Source of the DNA: Mobula hypostoma
Taxonomy: Eukaryota
Direction of reading: 5' to 3'
NCBI RefSeq assembly: GCF_963921235.1
Contig: NC_086107.1
Span: 108,626,001-108,690,000, forward strand
DNA length: 64,000 nt
Below are positions 48,106-61,539 of this stretch, in pieces (positions within the stretch are counted from its first letter, which is position 1; every line of letters starts with the position of its first letter). The position numbers and the translations under genes were made by a program. The notes beneath the pieces were generated by a model. The model saw only the letters and a list, made by a program, of their open reading frames with translations. It did no database searches and was not told the origin of the DNA.

Positions 48106-48799
48106 AGTAAAGGCATTTTTTTTTACAGGAGGTAGGGTATATTCAAGCATCCTTCCACGGATGCTGCCTGGCCCACTGAGTTCCTCGAACACTCCATGTG
48201 TTGCTGCAGACCCCCGCATCAGGATCACTTGTGTCTCTTCTCTGTTCCCTCAATCACTGTAACTAATCCCTCTCTTAGATTTCGTCATTCCACCTTTGAC
48301 TGCCATGCCTTGGGCCATTGTGCCTCTAATCTCTGGTTCCTTCCCTGAGTATCTGCCCTTTTGATAACTGATCACATCCCCATGTGACTTTTAAAATAAA
48401 ACCATGAGACTTAGGAACAGAATTAGGCCATTTGGCCCATCAAATCTGCTCTGCCATTCAATCATGGTACTGGATACAAAGGGACATTTAAGAGACTCTT
48501 AGACAGGTTCGGGGATGTACGATGTGTCTACATGGAGGACTATGGACTGTGCAGGAGGGAAGGATTAGGTTGATCATGGAGTAGGTTTTTACAACATTGT
48601 GGGCAGAAGGGCCTGTTCTGTGCCATATTGCTCCATGTTCTACATATCGATACCAAATGGAAAGAAAATGTTACACTTGCATAGTGCCTGTCACAACCTC
48701 AGTCTGTCACAAAGTGCTTCACAGCCAATGGAATGAATGCCGTTGATTCACAGTGGAAAGGCAGCAGCCATCTTTGCATGGCAAGATTCTATAAACCAG

Positions 48800-49057
48800 T
48801 AAACAGAACAGATTCTGCAGATGCTGGAAATCTTTAGCAGCACACACACACACACAAAATGCTGGAGGAACTTAGCATGTCAGGCAGCGTCTATGGAAAT
48901 GAGTACAGTCGACCTTTTAGGCCAAGACCCTTCATCAGGACTGGAGGGAAAAAGGTGAGGAGTCAGGGTAAGGAGGTGGGGGGGGGGGGGGAACGTCAAC
49001 TCTTTATTCCCCTCCACAGATGCTCCAGACTTGCTGAGCATTTTATGTGTGTTGCTC
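48800..49057. mobile_element. Old PLE hairpin insertion
   Basis: Minus-strand tail and decayed hammerhead (about 48906-48943), followed by an inverted arm. Confidence 0.75.
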
Positions 49058-49242
49058 GACAGCAAAATGGAGTTTTCTAATGGCGGATAAGGTGTATATC
49101 ATGTGTCAATTCAACAGCTGGGGAGAAATCCTCAGCTCCTCATTTGACATGGTCCTCCTTTAGGGGCTGGCAGAGCCTTAGCTTACCACCTGAATGCCTG
49201 CAAAAAATTAATCTTAAGATAGTACATAATGGTATAGAAATA

Positions 49243-49778
49243 CACTCAGTGGCCAGTTTATTAGGTACCTCCTTTATCGAATAAAGCAGTCACTGATTGT
49301 ACGTTTGTCGACCATCCACTTTAAGGTTCAACCTGTTGTGCATCCAGAGATACTATTCTGCATATCACTACCTGAGCACATGGTTATTTCAATTACTGTC
49401 GCCTTCCTGTCAGCTTGAACCGGTCTGGCCATTCTCCTCTGATCTATCTCATTGACAAAGCATTTTCACCCACAGAACTGCCACTCACTGGGTTTTTTTT
49501 TTTTGTTTCTCGCACCATTCTCTGTGAACTCTAAGACTGTTGTGCGTGAAAATCCCAGGAAATCAGTAGCTTCTGGGATACTCAAACCACCCTGTCTGGC
49601 ACCGGCAATCATTCCACGGTCAAAATCACTTAGATCACATTCCGTCCACATTCTGATGCTTGGTCTGTCCACGTCTGCATGCTTTTATGCATTGAGTTGC
49701 TGCCACATGATTGGTTGATTAGATATTTGTATTAATGGGCAGAAGTACAAGTGTACCTAATAAAGTGGCCACTAAGCG
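49243..49778 (-). mobile_element. Non-autonomous Tc1-like element
   Basis: TA-flanked TIRs; DLSDFDRGMIAGARQGGLSI remnant. Confidence 0.88.
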
Positions 49779-50089
49779 TATTCTGATAATAAATCTTCTC
49801 TGAACTTTAGAACCTTATTCAGAAGGCAGAGTTTGAGTGTACAAACCTCCTGATAATGGCATTTCCTTAGATCTTTGCTTCCTAACCCCTGAAATATGAC
49901 ATGAGCATTTTGATGGTGTTTAATGGTATGTATGACATTTTCCTATCAAACAGCTGAATCAATATTTCCTGTAAGCCATTACAACTTCAAATGCAACACA
50001 ATTTAATGACACCTGCTGTGAATAGGAACTCAAGGATTAAATGTAAAAAGCCTTTTAGGTTTATATATATGTTTAAACACATATTTTTT

Positions 50090-50356
50090 ATTTATTTGAG
50101 ATACATTGTGGAATAGGCCCTTCCGCCCTTCGAGCCACACCACCCAGCAATGCCCCGATTTAATCCAAGCTTAATCATAGGATAACTTACAATGACCAAT
50201 TAACCTACCAACCGGTATGTCTTTGGACTGTGGGAGGAAACCAGAGCACCCAGAGGAAATCCACACGGTCATGGGAAAAATGTACAAACTACTTACCGGT
50301 AGAGGTGGGTATTAAACCCGAACACCTGTACTAACTGCTACTCTACTGCGCCACCC
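50090..50356 (-). mobile_element. V-SINE-like element
   Basis: gtctttggactgtgggaggaaaccagagcacc core; (ttta)n tail. Confidence 0.7.
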
Positions 50357-50430
50357 TTTCTCCAATATTCTTTCTCCAGTGAATGAATAGAGGGCAAAGT
50401 GTCATTGACACTTCCCTGTGACCAATCTAG

Positions 50431-50960
50431 CAAGAAAAAAATCTGCTGGTGCTGGAAATCCAAACAACAAACACGAAATGCTGGAGGAACTCAGCAGGCC
50501 AGGCAGCATCTATGGAAACAGTCGACGTTTCGGGCCGAGACCCTTCATCTCATTCCACACTCTCATGACCCTCTGAATGAAGAAGTTTTCTCTCATGTTC
50601 CCTTTAAACTTTTCACCTTTCACCCTTAATCCATGATTTCTAGTTTTAGTCTCACCCAACCTCAGTGGAAAAAGTCTGTTTGTATTTAGTCTTTCTATAC
50701 CCCTCATAATTTTGTATATCTCTGTGAAATCTCCCCTCAATCTTCAACATTCCGAGGAATAAAGTCCTATTCAATCTTCCCTTATAACTCAGCTCTTCCA
50801 ATCCTGGCAGCATCCTTGTAATTTTTCTCTATACTCTTTCAATCTTATTTACGTCTTTCCTTCGTAAAGTGGAAGTGTTGTAGCCTGAAACGTCAGCTGT
50901 TTACTCTTTTCCATGGATGCTGTCTGGCCTGCTGAGTTCCTCCAGCGTTTTGCCTGTGTT
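50431..50960. mobile_element. PLE tail / internal CR1 fragment / inverted PLE arm composite
   Basis: PLE(-) 50431-50548, CR1(-) about 50549-50848, PLE(+) about 50881-50960. Confidence 0.7.
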
Positions 50961-51144
50961 CCCTGTAACCGATGTCCAGTTCCAGCCTTGGGAAAAGGGG
51001 TGACTCCCAGCTCCAGAATATAGTCTGGATGAGTTTCGACCTGTACATTTCTGCATAGATAATGCCACTCTAACAGGACCAAGGACATGGAAGATCTCAC
51101 CCGAGTCCAGAAGGGGTTTTTCTACTGATTTTGGCACAGCTTAG

Positions 51145-51378
51145 TAATGCACCCTTGTGGTCCAACAAGCCTATGTCGCCCTCTTACACCCATGTGACCT
51201 TTTAACCTACTGAACTGTATGTCTTTGGACTGTGGGAGGAAACCAGAGCACCCGGAGGAAACCCATGTAGTCACGGGGAGAACGTACAAACTCCTTACTG
51301 ACAGTAGTGGGTGGAATTGAACCTGGGTTACTGGTGCTGTAATTGAGTCTGTGGAAGGCCATGTTACCATGCCGCCCC
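51145..51378 (-). mobile_element. V-SINE
   Basis: B box ggttcaattcc; gtttgtacgttctccccgtgac..gggtttcctccgggtgctc core. Confidence 0.8.
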
Positions 51379-51454
51379 AAAGTTTTGTTACTACCTGCCC
51401 AACACATACTGACCACCCTGTCTCTGCCCTGGAGTGTTGGCTCTGACAGAGTAG

Positions 51455-51612
51455 AAGGAGCTTTATTCCGTATTTAAAAGCATTACTAGGGACTGCGAGT
51501 TCAATGAGAAGGTGAAAAGGGCTTCCCTCTGTATATAACCCATCCTGTGAACAGGGAGTGTGTAATAAGACAGTGTAGGGGGGCTTCACTCTGTATATAA
51601 CCCAGTCTGTGT
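51455..51612. repeat. Left part of a minisatellite with units of about 60 bp
   Basis: Same unit as 54520-54897 (taataagacagtgta..gggctt..ctctgtat.taaccca). Confidence 0.7.
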
Positions 51613-54487
51613 AGAGTTGTAGCAAAGTACAGCACAGAAACAGGCCCATCTAGTCCATACCGAACCATTTAAACTGCCAACTCCCATCAACCTGCACTGG
51701 GACCATCGCTCTCCATATCCCTACTATCCATGTACCTATCCAAACTTCTCTTAAAAACTGAAATCAAGCTTGCATGCACCACTTGTGCTGGCAGCTCGTT
51801 CCACACTCTCATGAGCCTCTGAGTGAGGTTTCCCCTCATTTTCCTCTTAAACTTTTTACCTTTCACCCTCAACCCATGACCTCTAGTTGTAGTGCCACCC
51901 AACCTCAGTGGAAAAAGCCTGCTTGCATTTACCCTATCTATACCCCTTATAATTTTGTATATCACTATCAAATCTTCCCTTAACCTTCTATATTCCAAGG
52001 ATTAAAGTCCTAACTTATTCAATCTTTCCTTATAACCCAGGTCCTCCAGTTCCAGCAATGTCCTTGTATATTTTCTCTGTACTCTTTCAACCTTTCCTGT
52101 AGGCAGGTGACCAAACCTGCACACAGTATTCCAAACTAGGCCTCACCGATATCTCATACAACATAACATCCCATCTCCTGTACGCAGTACTATGATTTAT
52201 GAAGGCCAAAGTGCCAAAAGCTTTCCTCACACTCTTATCAATTTCTGCCACCACTTTCAATGAATTAGGGACCTGTATTCCCCGATCCCTTTGTTCTACC
52301 ACACTCCTCAGTGCCTGCCGTTCACTGTGTAAGACCTACCCTGTTTGGTCATACCAAAATGCAACAGCTCACACTTGCCTGCATTAAGTTCCATCTGCCA
52401 TTTTCCATCCCATTTCTCCAGCTAATCCAGACCCAGCTGCAAGCTCTGATAGTCTTTCTCACTGTCCACTACACCCCTAATCTTGGTTCCATCCGAAAAT
52501 TTGATGATCCAATCAACCACATTATCATCCAGATTGCTGATATAAATGACAAACAACGGACCCAGCACTGATCCCAGCGGCACACCACCAGTCCCGGGCC
52601 TCCAGTCAGAGAGGCAACCATTTACTACCACTCTCTGGTTTCTCCCTTTAAAGTCATTGTCTACCTTAGCTTGAATGTCAGACAACAGAACCTTCATGAC
52701 CAATATCCCATATGGAGCCTTGTCAAATGCCCTGCTAACGTCCATGTAGACAACGTCCACTTTCTCAAAAAATCTCTATAATATTGGCTTGACATGGCCT
52801 ACCACACACAAAGCCAAGCTGACTATCCTAATAAGTCCATGCCTATCCAAATACTCATATATCTGATCCCTTAGAATACCTTCCAATAACTTTCCTACTA
52901 CTGATGTCAGGCTCACCGGCCTATAATTTCCTAGTTTACTTTTTAGAGCCTTTCCTAAACAGTGGAACAACATTAGTTATCCTCTAATCCTTTGGTACCT
53001 TTCCTGTTGCTAAGGATGATTTAAATATCTCTGCTAGGGCCCCAGCAAATTCTGCACTTGCCTCCCACAGGGATCATGGGAACTCCTTGCCAGGCCCTGG
53101 GGATTTGTCCACTCTAATTTGCCTCAAGACAGCAAACACATCCTCCTCTGTAATCTCTATAGGGTCTATGAAGTCGATGCTGCTTTGCCTTACGTCTATA
53201 GACTCTGTGTCGTCTCCTGAGTAAATACAGATGCAAAATTCCATTTAAGATCTCTCCCATCTCTTTTAGCTCCACAGGTAGATTACCATTTTGATCTTCC
53301 AGGGGACCAATTTTGTCCCTTGCAATCCTTTTGCTCCTAACATATCTGTAGAATCCCTTAGGATTCTTCTTTACTTTGTCTGCTAGGGCAACTTCATGCC
53401 TTCTTTTACTTCTCCTGATTTCTTTCTCTTGCATTTATCATGCTTCTTAAGCATCTCATTTCTTCCTACCAGCCTATACCTTCAATGTACCTCCCTTTTT
53501 TTCTTAACTAGGGCCTCAATATCTCTTGAAAACCAAGGATCCATAAACCTGTTATCTTTATTTTTTTATTCTGATGGGCTCATACAAGCTTTGTACTCTC
53601 AGATACTTCACTTTTGAAGGCCTCCCACTTACCAAGTACACCTTTGCCAGAAACCAGCCTGTCCCAATCCACACTTGCCAGATCATTTCTGATACCATAA
53701 AAATTGGCTTTTCTGCAATTTAGGATCTCAACCAGGCCTACCTTTTTCCATATTTACCTTGAAACTAATGGCATTATGATCACTAGATGCAAGGTGTTCC
53801 CCTACACAAACTTATGTCACCTGCCCTGTCTCATTCCCTAATAGGAGATCAATTTTTGCACAGTCTCTTGTTGGGACCTCTATGTACTGATTAAGGAAAC
53901 TTTCCTGAGCAAATTTGACAAACTCTATCCCATCTAGTCTTTTTACAGAATGGGATTCCCGGTTAATATGTGGAAAGTTAAAATCACCTACTATTACAAT
54001 CTTACGTTTCCTGCAACAGTCTGCAATCTCTCCAAATTTGATCCTCTGTTAGATGGTCTATAATATAGCCCCATTAATGTGATCTGACCTTGATTATTCC
54101 TCAGTTCCAGCCATAAAGCCACATTAGACGAGTTCACCAGTCTATCCTGACTGAGCACGGTGGTAACATTTCCTTGACTAGTAACCCTTTAATCTCTCCC
54201 ACACTGTCGTGTCTAAAGCAACAGAACCCTGGAAGGCCTAGCTGTCAGTCTTACCCCTCCTGTAACCAAGTCTCACTATTGGCTGCAAAATCATAATTCC
54301 ATGCCCTGAGTTCACTTACCTTTCCCACAACACTCTTTGTATTGAAATATACACGGCTCAGGACATTAGTCGCACTGTACTCAATCTTTTGATTCCTGAC
54401 TTTGTCCAAGGTCTTAACAACATCTGTCTCCACAACCTAGCTGTTCTAGCACTCTGGCTCCCACTGCCCTGCAACTCTAGTTCAACA
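51612..54487 (-). pseudogene. Old CR1 LINE ORF2 with many frameshifts
   Basis: Fragments VYFNTKS..SETW, GNYRPVSLTSVVGK, VVYMD..AFDK, G.P.GSVLGP, TRGHGLRVKG. Confidence 0.9.
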
Positions 54488-54519
54488 GGGAACTCTAGTT
54501 TAATAACTCTGTAAACAGG

Positions 54520-54897
54520 GAACTTTTAATGGGATAATGTAGAGAGGCTTCATGCTGTACTTCACTCATCCTCTGTAGAGAGAGCATTTAATGGGACAGT
54601 GTAAAGGGGCTTTTCTCTGTATTTAACCCCTCCTGTGCACAGTGTTTAATGGGACAGGGTAAAGGGGTTTCACTCTGTATTTAACCCAACCTGTGCACAG
54701 AGAGTGTTTAATAAGACAGTGTAAAGAGGCTTTTCTCTGTATTTAACCCATCCTGTGCACAGTGTGTGTTTAATGGGAAAGTGTGAAGGGGCTTTTCTCT
54801 GTATTAAACCCACCCTGTGTACAGAGAATGTTTAATAAGACAGTGTAAAGGGGCTTTTGTCTGTATTTAACCCATCCTGTGCACAGACAGTGTTTAG
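54520..54897. repeat. 58-62-bp minisatellite (about 6 units)
   Basis: tttaat(gg/aa)gacagtgtaaag.ggctttt.tctgtatttaacccatcctgtgcacag recurs at 54587, 54645, 54707, 54769 and 54831. Confidence 0.9.
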
Positions 54898-56984
54898 TGG
54901 GCTCCGAGACAACTTCTCTGTACCATCCTGGATGCTCCTTCTTCAATTTGAATCAGAATCAAAATCAGAACCAGTTTAAAATCACTGAAATATCTCATGA
55001 AATTTGTTGTTTTATTTATAACACAATATTTGTTTTTATATATTTAGTGCAAAAAGAGAGCAATGGTCAGGGATTTACCAGACTCAGTGAGAATGTTCCT
55101 TTTCATTAAGAAGGCTTGAAGCAGATCCTTGAACCTCTTCCTCTGCTCATTGGTAATCACTGAAAGTCTCCAAACTGAAAAGTTGACTTCCCCTCTCCAC
55201 AGATACCGCCCGATTTGCTGGGTGCTTCCAGCAATCACCTTTTGCTTTGCACATTCCAGTTCCTACAGTTTTGGTTTTTTTCGTATTTCTGTTCACCGAT
55301 AACCTCCTCCCTTGACAGAGCTCAGAAAAGAGTGGCGGCTTTGTGCATCGGCACTGGACATTGGAAAACTGGGTCCTTCCTAACAGAGTCATGAAAGTGT
55401 TGCCATGGCAACCATGCTGGAGATGCGGGCCTGGATAAGGGCGGTCAACATTTTGGGCCAAGACTCTTGTTGACTGTTTATTTCTCTCCATAGATGCTGC
55501 ACGAGTTGCTGAATTCCTCCACTTTGTATCTGTTGCTCAAGAATTCCATCATCTGCAGAATCTCCTATGTCCCTCATTCAATATATCACTGCTCCCACAT
55601 CTTCATGAGGTCGAAATCCGCAGAATCTCTTGTGTCTACTAGTCACCGTCTTGCAGCTGTATTCACACATGGGGAAGGCTTCGGGCTAAACCCTGAAGAA
55701 AAATCGAGAACTGGAGTCCTTCAGGCAGTCCTACGTTGAGTTCAACGCTGACCGGCAATTCCTGCAATGACACTGGTGCCGAACTGTATCAGTCTCTGCC
55801 GATCCTTTGGACTCATCAGCTGCGTGGAGAGGGGGGTCTCTGCTGAAAGGGCAGCAGCTTGAGCTGGCTTGTGTATCAACTTGCGTATCGACAATGGAGA
55901 CAACTAGAAGCAACGTCTATGATCAGCCCTGACCAACGGAGGGCACCTCCCGATCACTCACTCCACCAGCCCACTAACCTACCCACCTGCATGTCTTTGG
56001 GTTGTGGGTGGAAATGGACGCACTCAGGGGAGCCCGTGCTGTCACAGGGAGAATGTGGAAACTCCATGCTAGTGACTCAGGACAGAGGCTGAGGCTGTGA
56101 GGCTGCGATGCTACCAGCTGCACCACACAGCTATTTTGACGAACTGAATGAATGGAAAAAAAAAATAAAATTGCATCTCCTGTTTGTGCTGCCATTCGAG
56201 GGGAGGGAAGGTGCCAACTGCTCCCCTCCCTCCGCCCCATGGCACAATTTGAACACAACACAAGACATTGGCATCAGGAAGTGTCTGCAAATTTATGCAA
56301 AACCAATCATTATACCGTGAAGCACACAAGACGCTCTAAGTCAGCTGAAGAAATCTCAACAGGCACAAAGAAATCTTGCAAAGAGGCAGATTATTGCCTG
56401 GAGTAAGGACCCGCTTAAGCAAGACAAATATTTATGTCATTGGGATTCTGTTTGCTTTGCGTGTGCATGGGTTACCTTTGCTCCTCTTTGACTGTGAATT
56501 TGAGCAGGCAGCCAAGGAGCTGTACGCTCAAGATTCTCTCATTCACTGGGTCCCTCCCCCATGCACCCCGACCGATGCGCGGTGTTGGCAGAGTCCTCAT
56601 AACAGATGCCGACACAGATCCTGCAAATATTGTTCCACATAACAGGAACTGGTGTTGGATGGCTTTGAATTCCCTTTGCAGAATTTGTTTACGGAATAAA
56701 CTAAGATTTCCCCTGCATGGGGGGGGGGGGAGATGTGGGGGGTGCTACCTGGAAAAGACAAGTGTCCATTAATGTGGACCCCACCACCCAGGACATGCCC
56801 TCTTCGGGTACAGGTGCATTGCTGCCCAGCAACCCCAATTTAACCCTAGCCTAATCACGGGACAACATACAATGACCAATTAACCCATTTACTAATGCAT
56901 CTTTGGACTATGGGAGGAAATCAGATCCCTGAGAAGAACCCACGCATTCCACAGGGAGGACGTGCAAACTCGTTGCAAATGACA

Positions 56985-57447
56985 TTAGATTATTAGATTA
57001 TGAGGACCTGCAGTCCTCTTTTATTGTCATTTATAATGCCTGCATTAAGAAATGATACAATATTCCTCCGGTGTGATATCACAGAAACACAGGACAGACC
57101 AAGACTGAAAAACTGACAAAAACCACATAATTATAACATATAGTTACAACAGTGCAAGCAATACCGTAACTTGATGAAGAACAGGCCGTGAGCACGGTAA
57201 AAAAAATTTAAAGTGTCTCGAAAGTCCCACATCTCACGCAGACGGGAGAAGGAAGAAAACTCTCCCTGCCATGCCCGACCACAGTCCGACTCTGAGTCGT
57301 CCGAAAACTTCGAGCCTCTGACCAGCCCCCCGACACCAAGCACCGAGGACCATCTCTGCCGAACGCTTCGACCCCAGCCTTGGTTGCCAGCAGCAGGCAA
57401 AGCCGGGGATTTTGAGGCCTTCCATCCGGAGACTCTCGATCGCACAT
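56985..57447 (-). mobile_element. Noncoding retroposon copy 4 (5'-truncated), inside a V-SINE-like element
   Basis: Tail ttagattattagatta and hairpin gaggac/gtcctc; homologous to copy 2. Confidence 0.82.
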
Positions 57448-57540
57448 CTGAACTCTGAACTACGACACCCTGAGCTGTTATAGCATCACGCTAAACGCTA
57501 CACTTCTGTGACACCCAAATTAACATACATTTCTGACTAC

Positions 57541-58205
57541 AAACACGAGGAAGTCTGCAGATGCTGGAAATCCAAAACAAACACACAAAAGGAACTCAAA
57601 AGGTCAGGCAGCACTTGTGGAAAAGAATAAACAGCTGACGTCTTGGGACAAGACCCTTCAGCAGGATTGAAGAGGAAAGATGCTGGAATAAAAAGGTGGG
57701 GGGGATGGGGAAAGAGGATTAGCTAGAAGGCGATAGGTAGATAAAATTAGGTTGGAAAGGTCAAGGGCTAGAGAAGAAGGAATCTGATTGGGGAGGAGAG
57801 TGGACTATAGGAGAAAGAGGAGGAGGAGAGGACCCAGGGAGAAGTGATAGGCAGGTGAGAAGAGGTGAGAGGCCAAAGTGGGGAACAGAAGAAGAGGGGG
57901 AGGAAAAGATTGTTTTACCGGAAGGAAAAATCAATATTCATATGGGAGATAGGAAGAAGGACTAGTTAGAAGGTGTCTTTTTTTATATATAGGTGATCAG
58001 TGAAAAGCCAGGCCCTTTACCTTTCCCACCCACCTAGCTTCACCTATCAACTTCTAGCCATCCTCCTTCCCCTCCCATGACCCCCCACCTTTCTATTCTG
58101 GCACCTGCCCGCTTCCTTCCCAGCCCTGATGAAGTGTCTCGGCCCAGAACGTCGACTGTTTATTCCTCTCCATAGATGCTGCCTGACCTGCTGAGTTCCT
58201 CCGGC

Positions 58206-58255
<50 letters not shown>

Positions 58256-58280
58256 AGTGTGAGTGTGAGTGTGTGTTGCT
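57541..58280. mobile_element. Inverted pair of PLE 3' parts
   Basis: Minus copy about 57541-57940 and plus copy about 58010-58280, with a decayed hammerhead at 58121-58158. Confidence 0.75.
58209..58276. repeat. (TG)n microsatellite expanded from the PLE tgtgtgtg motif
   Basis: Direct reading; lies between ccggcatt and ttgct of the PLE tail. Confidence 0.95.
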
Positions 58281-58824
58281 CTGCCCTCACATTCTACCCC
58301 GTTATGATTATTTTGGCTGCACTGTACTTTTTCCACTTTATTCTGCATGGTTACCGCTTCAGCTCAATGCACTGTGCAATAATTTTGATCTGTACGAACA
58401 GTATGCAAGACAGGTTGTTCACTGTATCTTGTTACATGTGACAATGATAAACTATAGCAATACATCTGGGCCGTAAGTGTGTCAAAGTGACTCGATTTTT
58501 CCCAGGCAGAGAGAGCAGTAGACTTGACCGCAGCAATAAAGAGTCGATCTGTTTCACTGAACAGAGCCTAGCCTGCCATTGTGGCATCCTTAACTTGATT
58601 GTCTTCACTGCAAAGCAATCTTTGGTAATTCAGTTAAATCAAACAAAATAACTTCCAGAGAGACAGATTGACCTAATTCGGAGACTAGATGGGAGCTGAC
58701 AGTTTGAAATCCATGTCTGAACAAAAACCCACATACCATGTCACAAGGATATGTTCCCTGACTGCCGCCATCATTTGAAAGGACAGGCACAGGCAGGGGA
58801 AGGGGGGAGGTGCAAACGCTAACA

Positions 58825-59905
58825 TGATACCAGAAACCCTGTAACACTGGACACCCCCTTGGGAAACCCTGTAACGTAATATACACTTGGGACCCTGTTA
58901 AATATTGACACACCTGGAGCCCCTTGTAACACTGATAAACTCCCTGCAGTGGCTGGAATACTGGTACACTACTGAGACCCTCTGTAATACCAACACACTC
59001 AGTAACCCTGACAGCCTGGAACCCTCTGTAACGTGGATACAGTTCTGGGACCCACTGTCACACTGATATACTTCTGGGACCCTCTGCATCATCGACACTC
59101 CCGGAACCCTCTGTAACACTGATACAATCCTGGGACCGTCTGTAACATGGATATAATTAGATTAGATTCAACTTTATTGTCATTGTGCTGAGTACAGATA
59201 CAAAGCCAATGAAATGCAGTTAGCATCTGACCAAAAATGCAAACAATAATTCCGGTTCACTCTGGAACAGTGGTACAATTCTGAGACCTTCTGTAACACG
59301 GATACAATTCTGGATCCCTCTGTAACACTGATATAATTCTGGGTCCTCTGTAACATAGATACAATTCTGGGGCTGTCTGAAACTCTAATACAATTCTGAG
59401 TCCCTCTGTAACACTGATACAGTTCTGACACCCTGTAACTCTGAAACAATTCTGGGACTCTCTGTAACAGTGATACAGTAGTGGGAGCCTCTGTAACAGT
59501 GATACAATTCTGGGTCCCCCTGTAACATGGATACAGTTCTGGTACCCTTTGTAGCTCTGAAACAATTCTGGGACTCTCTGTAACTCTGATTCAATTCTGG
59601 AACCTTCTGTAACACATACAATTCTGGGACTCTCTGAAACACTGGTACAATTCTGGGACCCCCGTGACTCTGAAACAATTCTGAGACACAGCATCTGCAA
59701 CCCTGACACACTCCTGGGACCCTCTGTTACACTGGCACACTTGTGGGACCCACAGTACACGAACACACTCACAAACCCTCTGTATCACTAATACACTTCT
59801 GAGATCCCATGTAACACTGATACACACCTGGGACCCTCTGTAGCGCCGAGACATTCCTGGGACCCTCTGTAACACTGTCAGGCTCCTGGGTCCCTCTGTA
59901 AACAC
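58825..59905. repeat. 29-bp minisatellite (ctgggaccctctgtaacactgatacaatt)n, interrupted at about 59157-59248 by a retroposon 3' end
   Basis: Unit starts at 59281, 59310 and 59339; the insert begins ttagattagattcaactttattgtc. Confidence 0.9.
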
Positions 59906-60219
59906 ACTTTGTTTTCCTAGGAAGCTGAGGGGGACCTGACAGATGTGTACTATATAACAAGAGGCAGAGATGGATTCGACAGGAGGAAACATTCCTCCAC
60001 GGTGATGTCTCTAAGACCAGTGGGCACTGGTTCAGGGAGAGGCGTAGGAGACTTAGAAGGGATAGAAGGAAGAATTTTTGTTTTTAACCCAGAGGCTGAT
60101 TGCTGTCTGGAACTTACTGCATGAGGAGGAGGTAAAAGCATAGACTCTCACAGCATTTAAAAAGTATCTGGATGAGCATCTGAATCACCAAGTTATCGAA
60201 GGGTAGGAACCATGTTCAG

Positions 60220-60745
60220 GTACATGGGTCTGGTCCATGGTCTCCTCTACTGCCACGACAAGGTCAAATTCAGGATGGACAAGCAACACCTTGTACTCCA
60301 TCTGGGTAGCCTCCAAACTGATAGCATGAACATCGATTTATCGCACTCCGGTAATTTCTCCTTCCTTCCCCTTCTCCCTTTTACCATCCCCTCTCACCCC
60401 TTCTATTCTCCTCATTTGCCCATCACCTCCTTCTGGTGCCACTGCTCTTGCCCTTTCTCCCATCGCCCATACTCATATCCCGTCAGATTCCTTCTTCTTC
60501 AGTCCCTTACTTCTTCCACCTGTCATCTCCCAGTTTCTTACTTCAACCCCTCCCTCCACCCACCCAATTTCCCCGTCACTTGATCCCCCTATCACCTGCC
60601 AGCTTATACTCCTTCCACTCTCCCTCCCCCTACCACCTCCAACTTTTTTATTCTGGCTTCTTCCCTTTTATTTGTCCTGATGAAAGGTCTTGGCCCAGAA
60701 CTTCTCTTCATTCCCCTCCATAGATCCTGCCTGACCTGTAGCTTT
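60220..60745 (+). mobile_element. Degenerate PLE 3' part
   Basis: VHGLLYCHD..QHLVLHLGSLQTDSMNID; decayed hammerhead near 60675. Confidence 0.82.
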
Positions 60746-61539
60746 TACATGTGTTTCTGGGGATCAGTGCAGATGGGTTTGGGATAGATATGGTCTGTTT
60801 CTGTGTTCTGTGAGTCTATAATGCTTTTTTACCATTCCTCCCTCCTCTGTTTAGACCATGGTTGAAGAATATTAAGTTTAATTTTGTCACCACAGGGTCA
60901 CTCATGTGAGACCCCTTTATTTAGAGCGCCCAACAGTTCTAAACTGGGATTTATTCAACAGTGAAGCATCAGAGCAAAACACAAACACATTGCAGACAAA
61001 ACAATGATGGGCCAAAGGGCCTGTTTCTGTGCTGTCTGACGCTATGACTCAAAGTTCAAAATAAATTTACTATCAGAGTGCATACGCGTCACCACATACA
61101 ACCATGAGATTATTTTTCCTGCGGGCATACTTAGAAAATCTATAGAACAGTAACTGTAAACAGGATCAATGAAGAACACACTGTGCAAATGCAAATATAA
61201 ATAAATCACAATAAATAACAAGCATGAAGTAACAAGATAAAGAGCCCTTAAAGTGAGACCATTGGTTGAGGGAACACCAGAAATAGAATGAGTGTTGTTA
61301 TCCCCTTTTGTTCAAGAGCCTGATGATTGAGGAGTAGTGACTGTTCTTGAACCTGGTGGTGTGAGTCCTGAGGCTCCTGTACCTTCTACTTGATGTCTTC
61401 GGTGAGAAAAGAGCGTGGCCTGGATTTTTGACGATGGATGCTGCTATTCTATAGTAACATTTCATGTACTGTAGATGCCCTCGATAACAGATTACCCGCT
61501 GGTTGAGGGTACTTCATTGTTGATATTTTTCTGTATACA

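Noticed and set aside
59180..59992. Cys/Val-rich ORFs up to 171 aa
   Set aside because: Translations of the 29-bp minisatellite.
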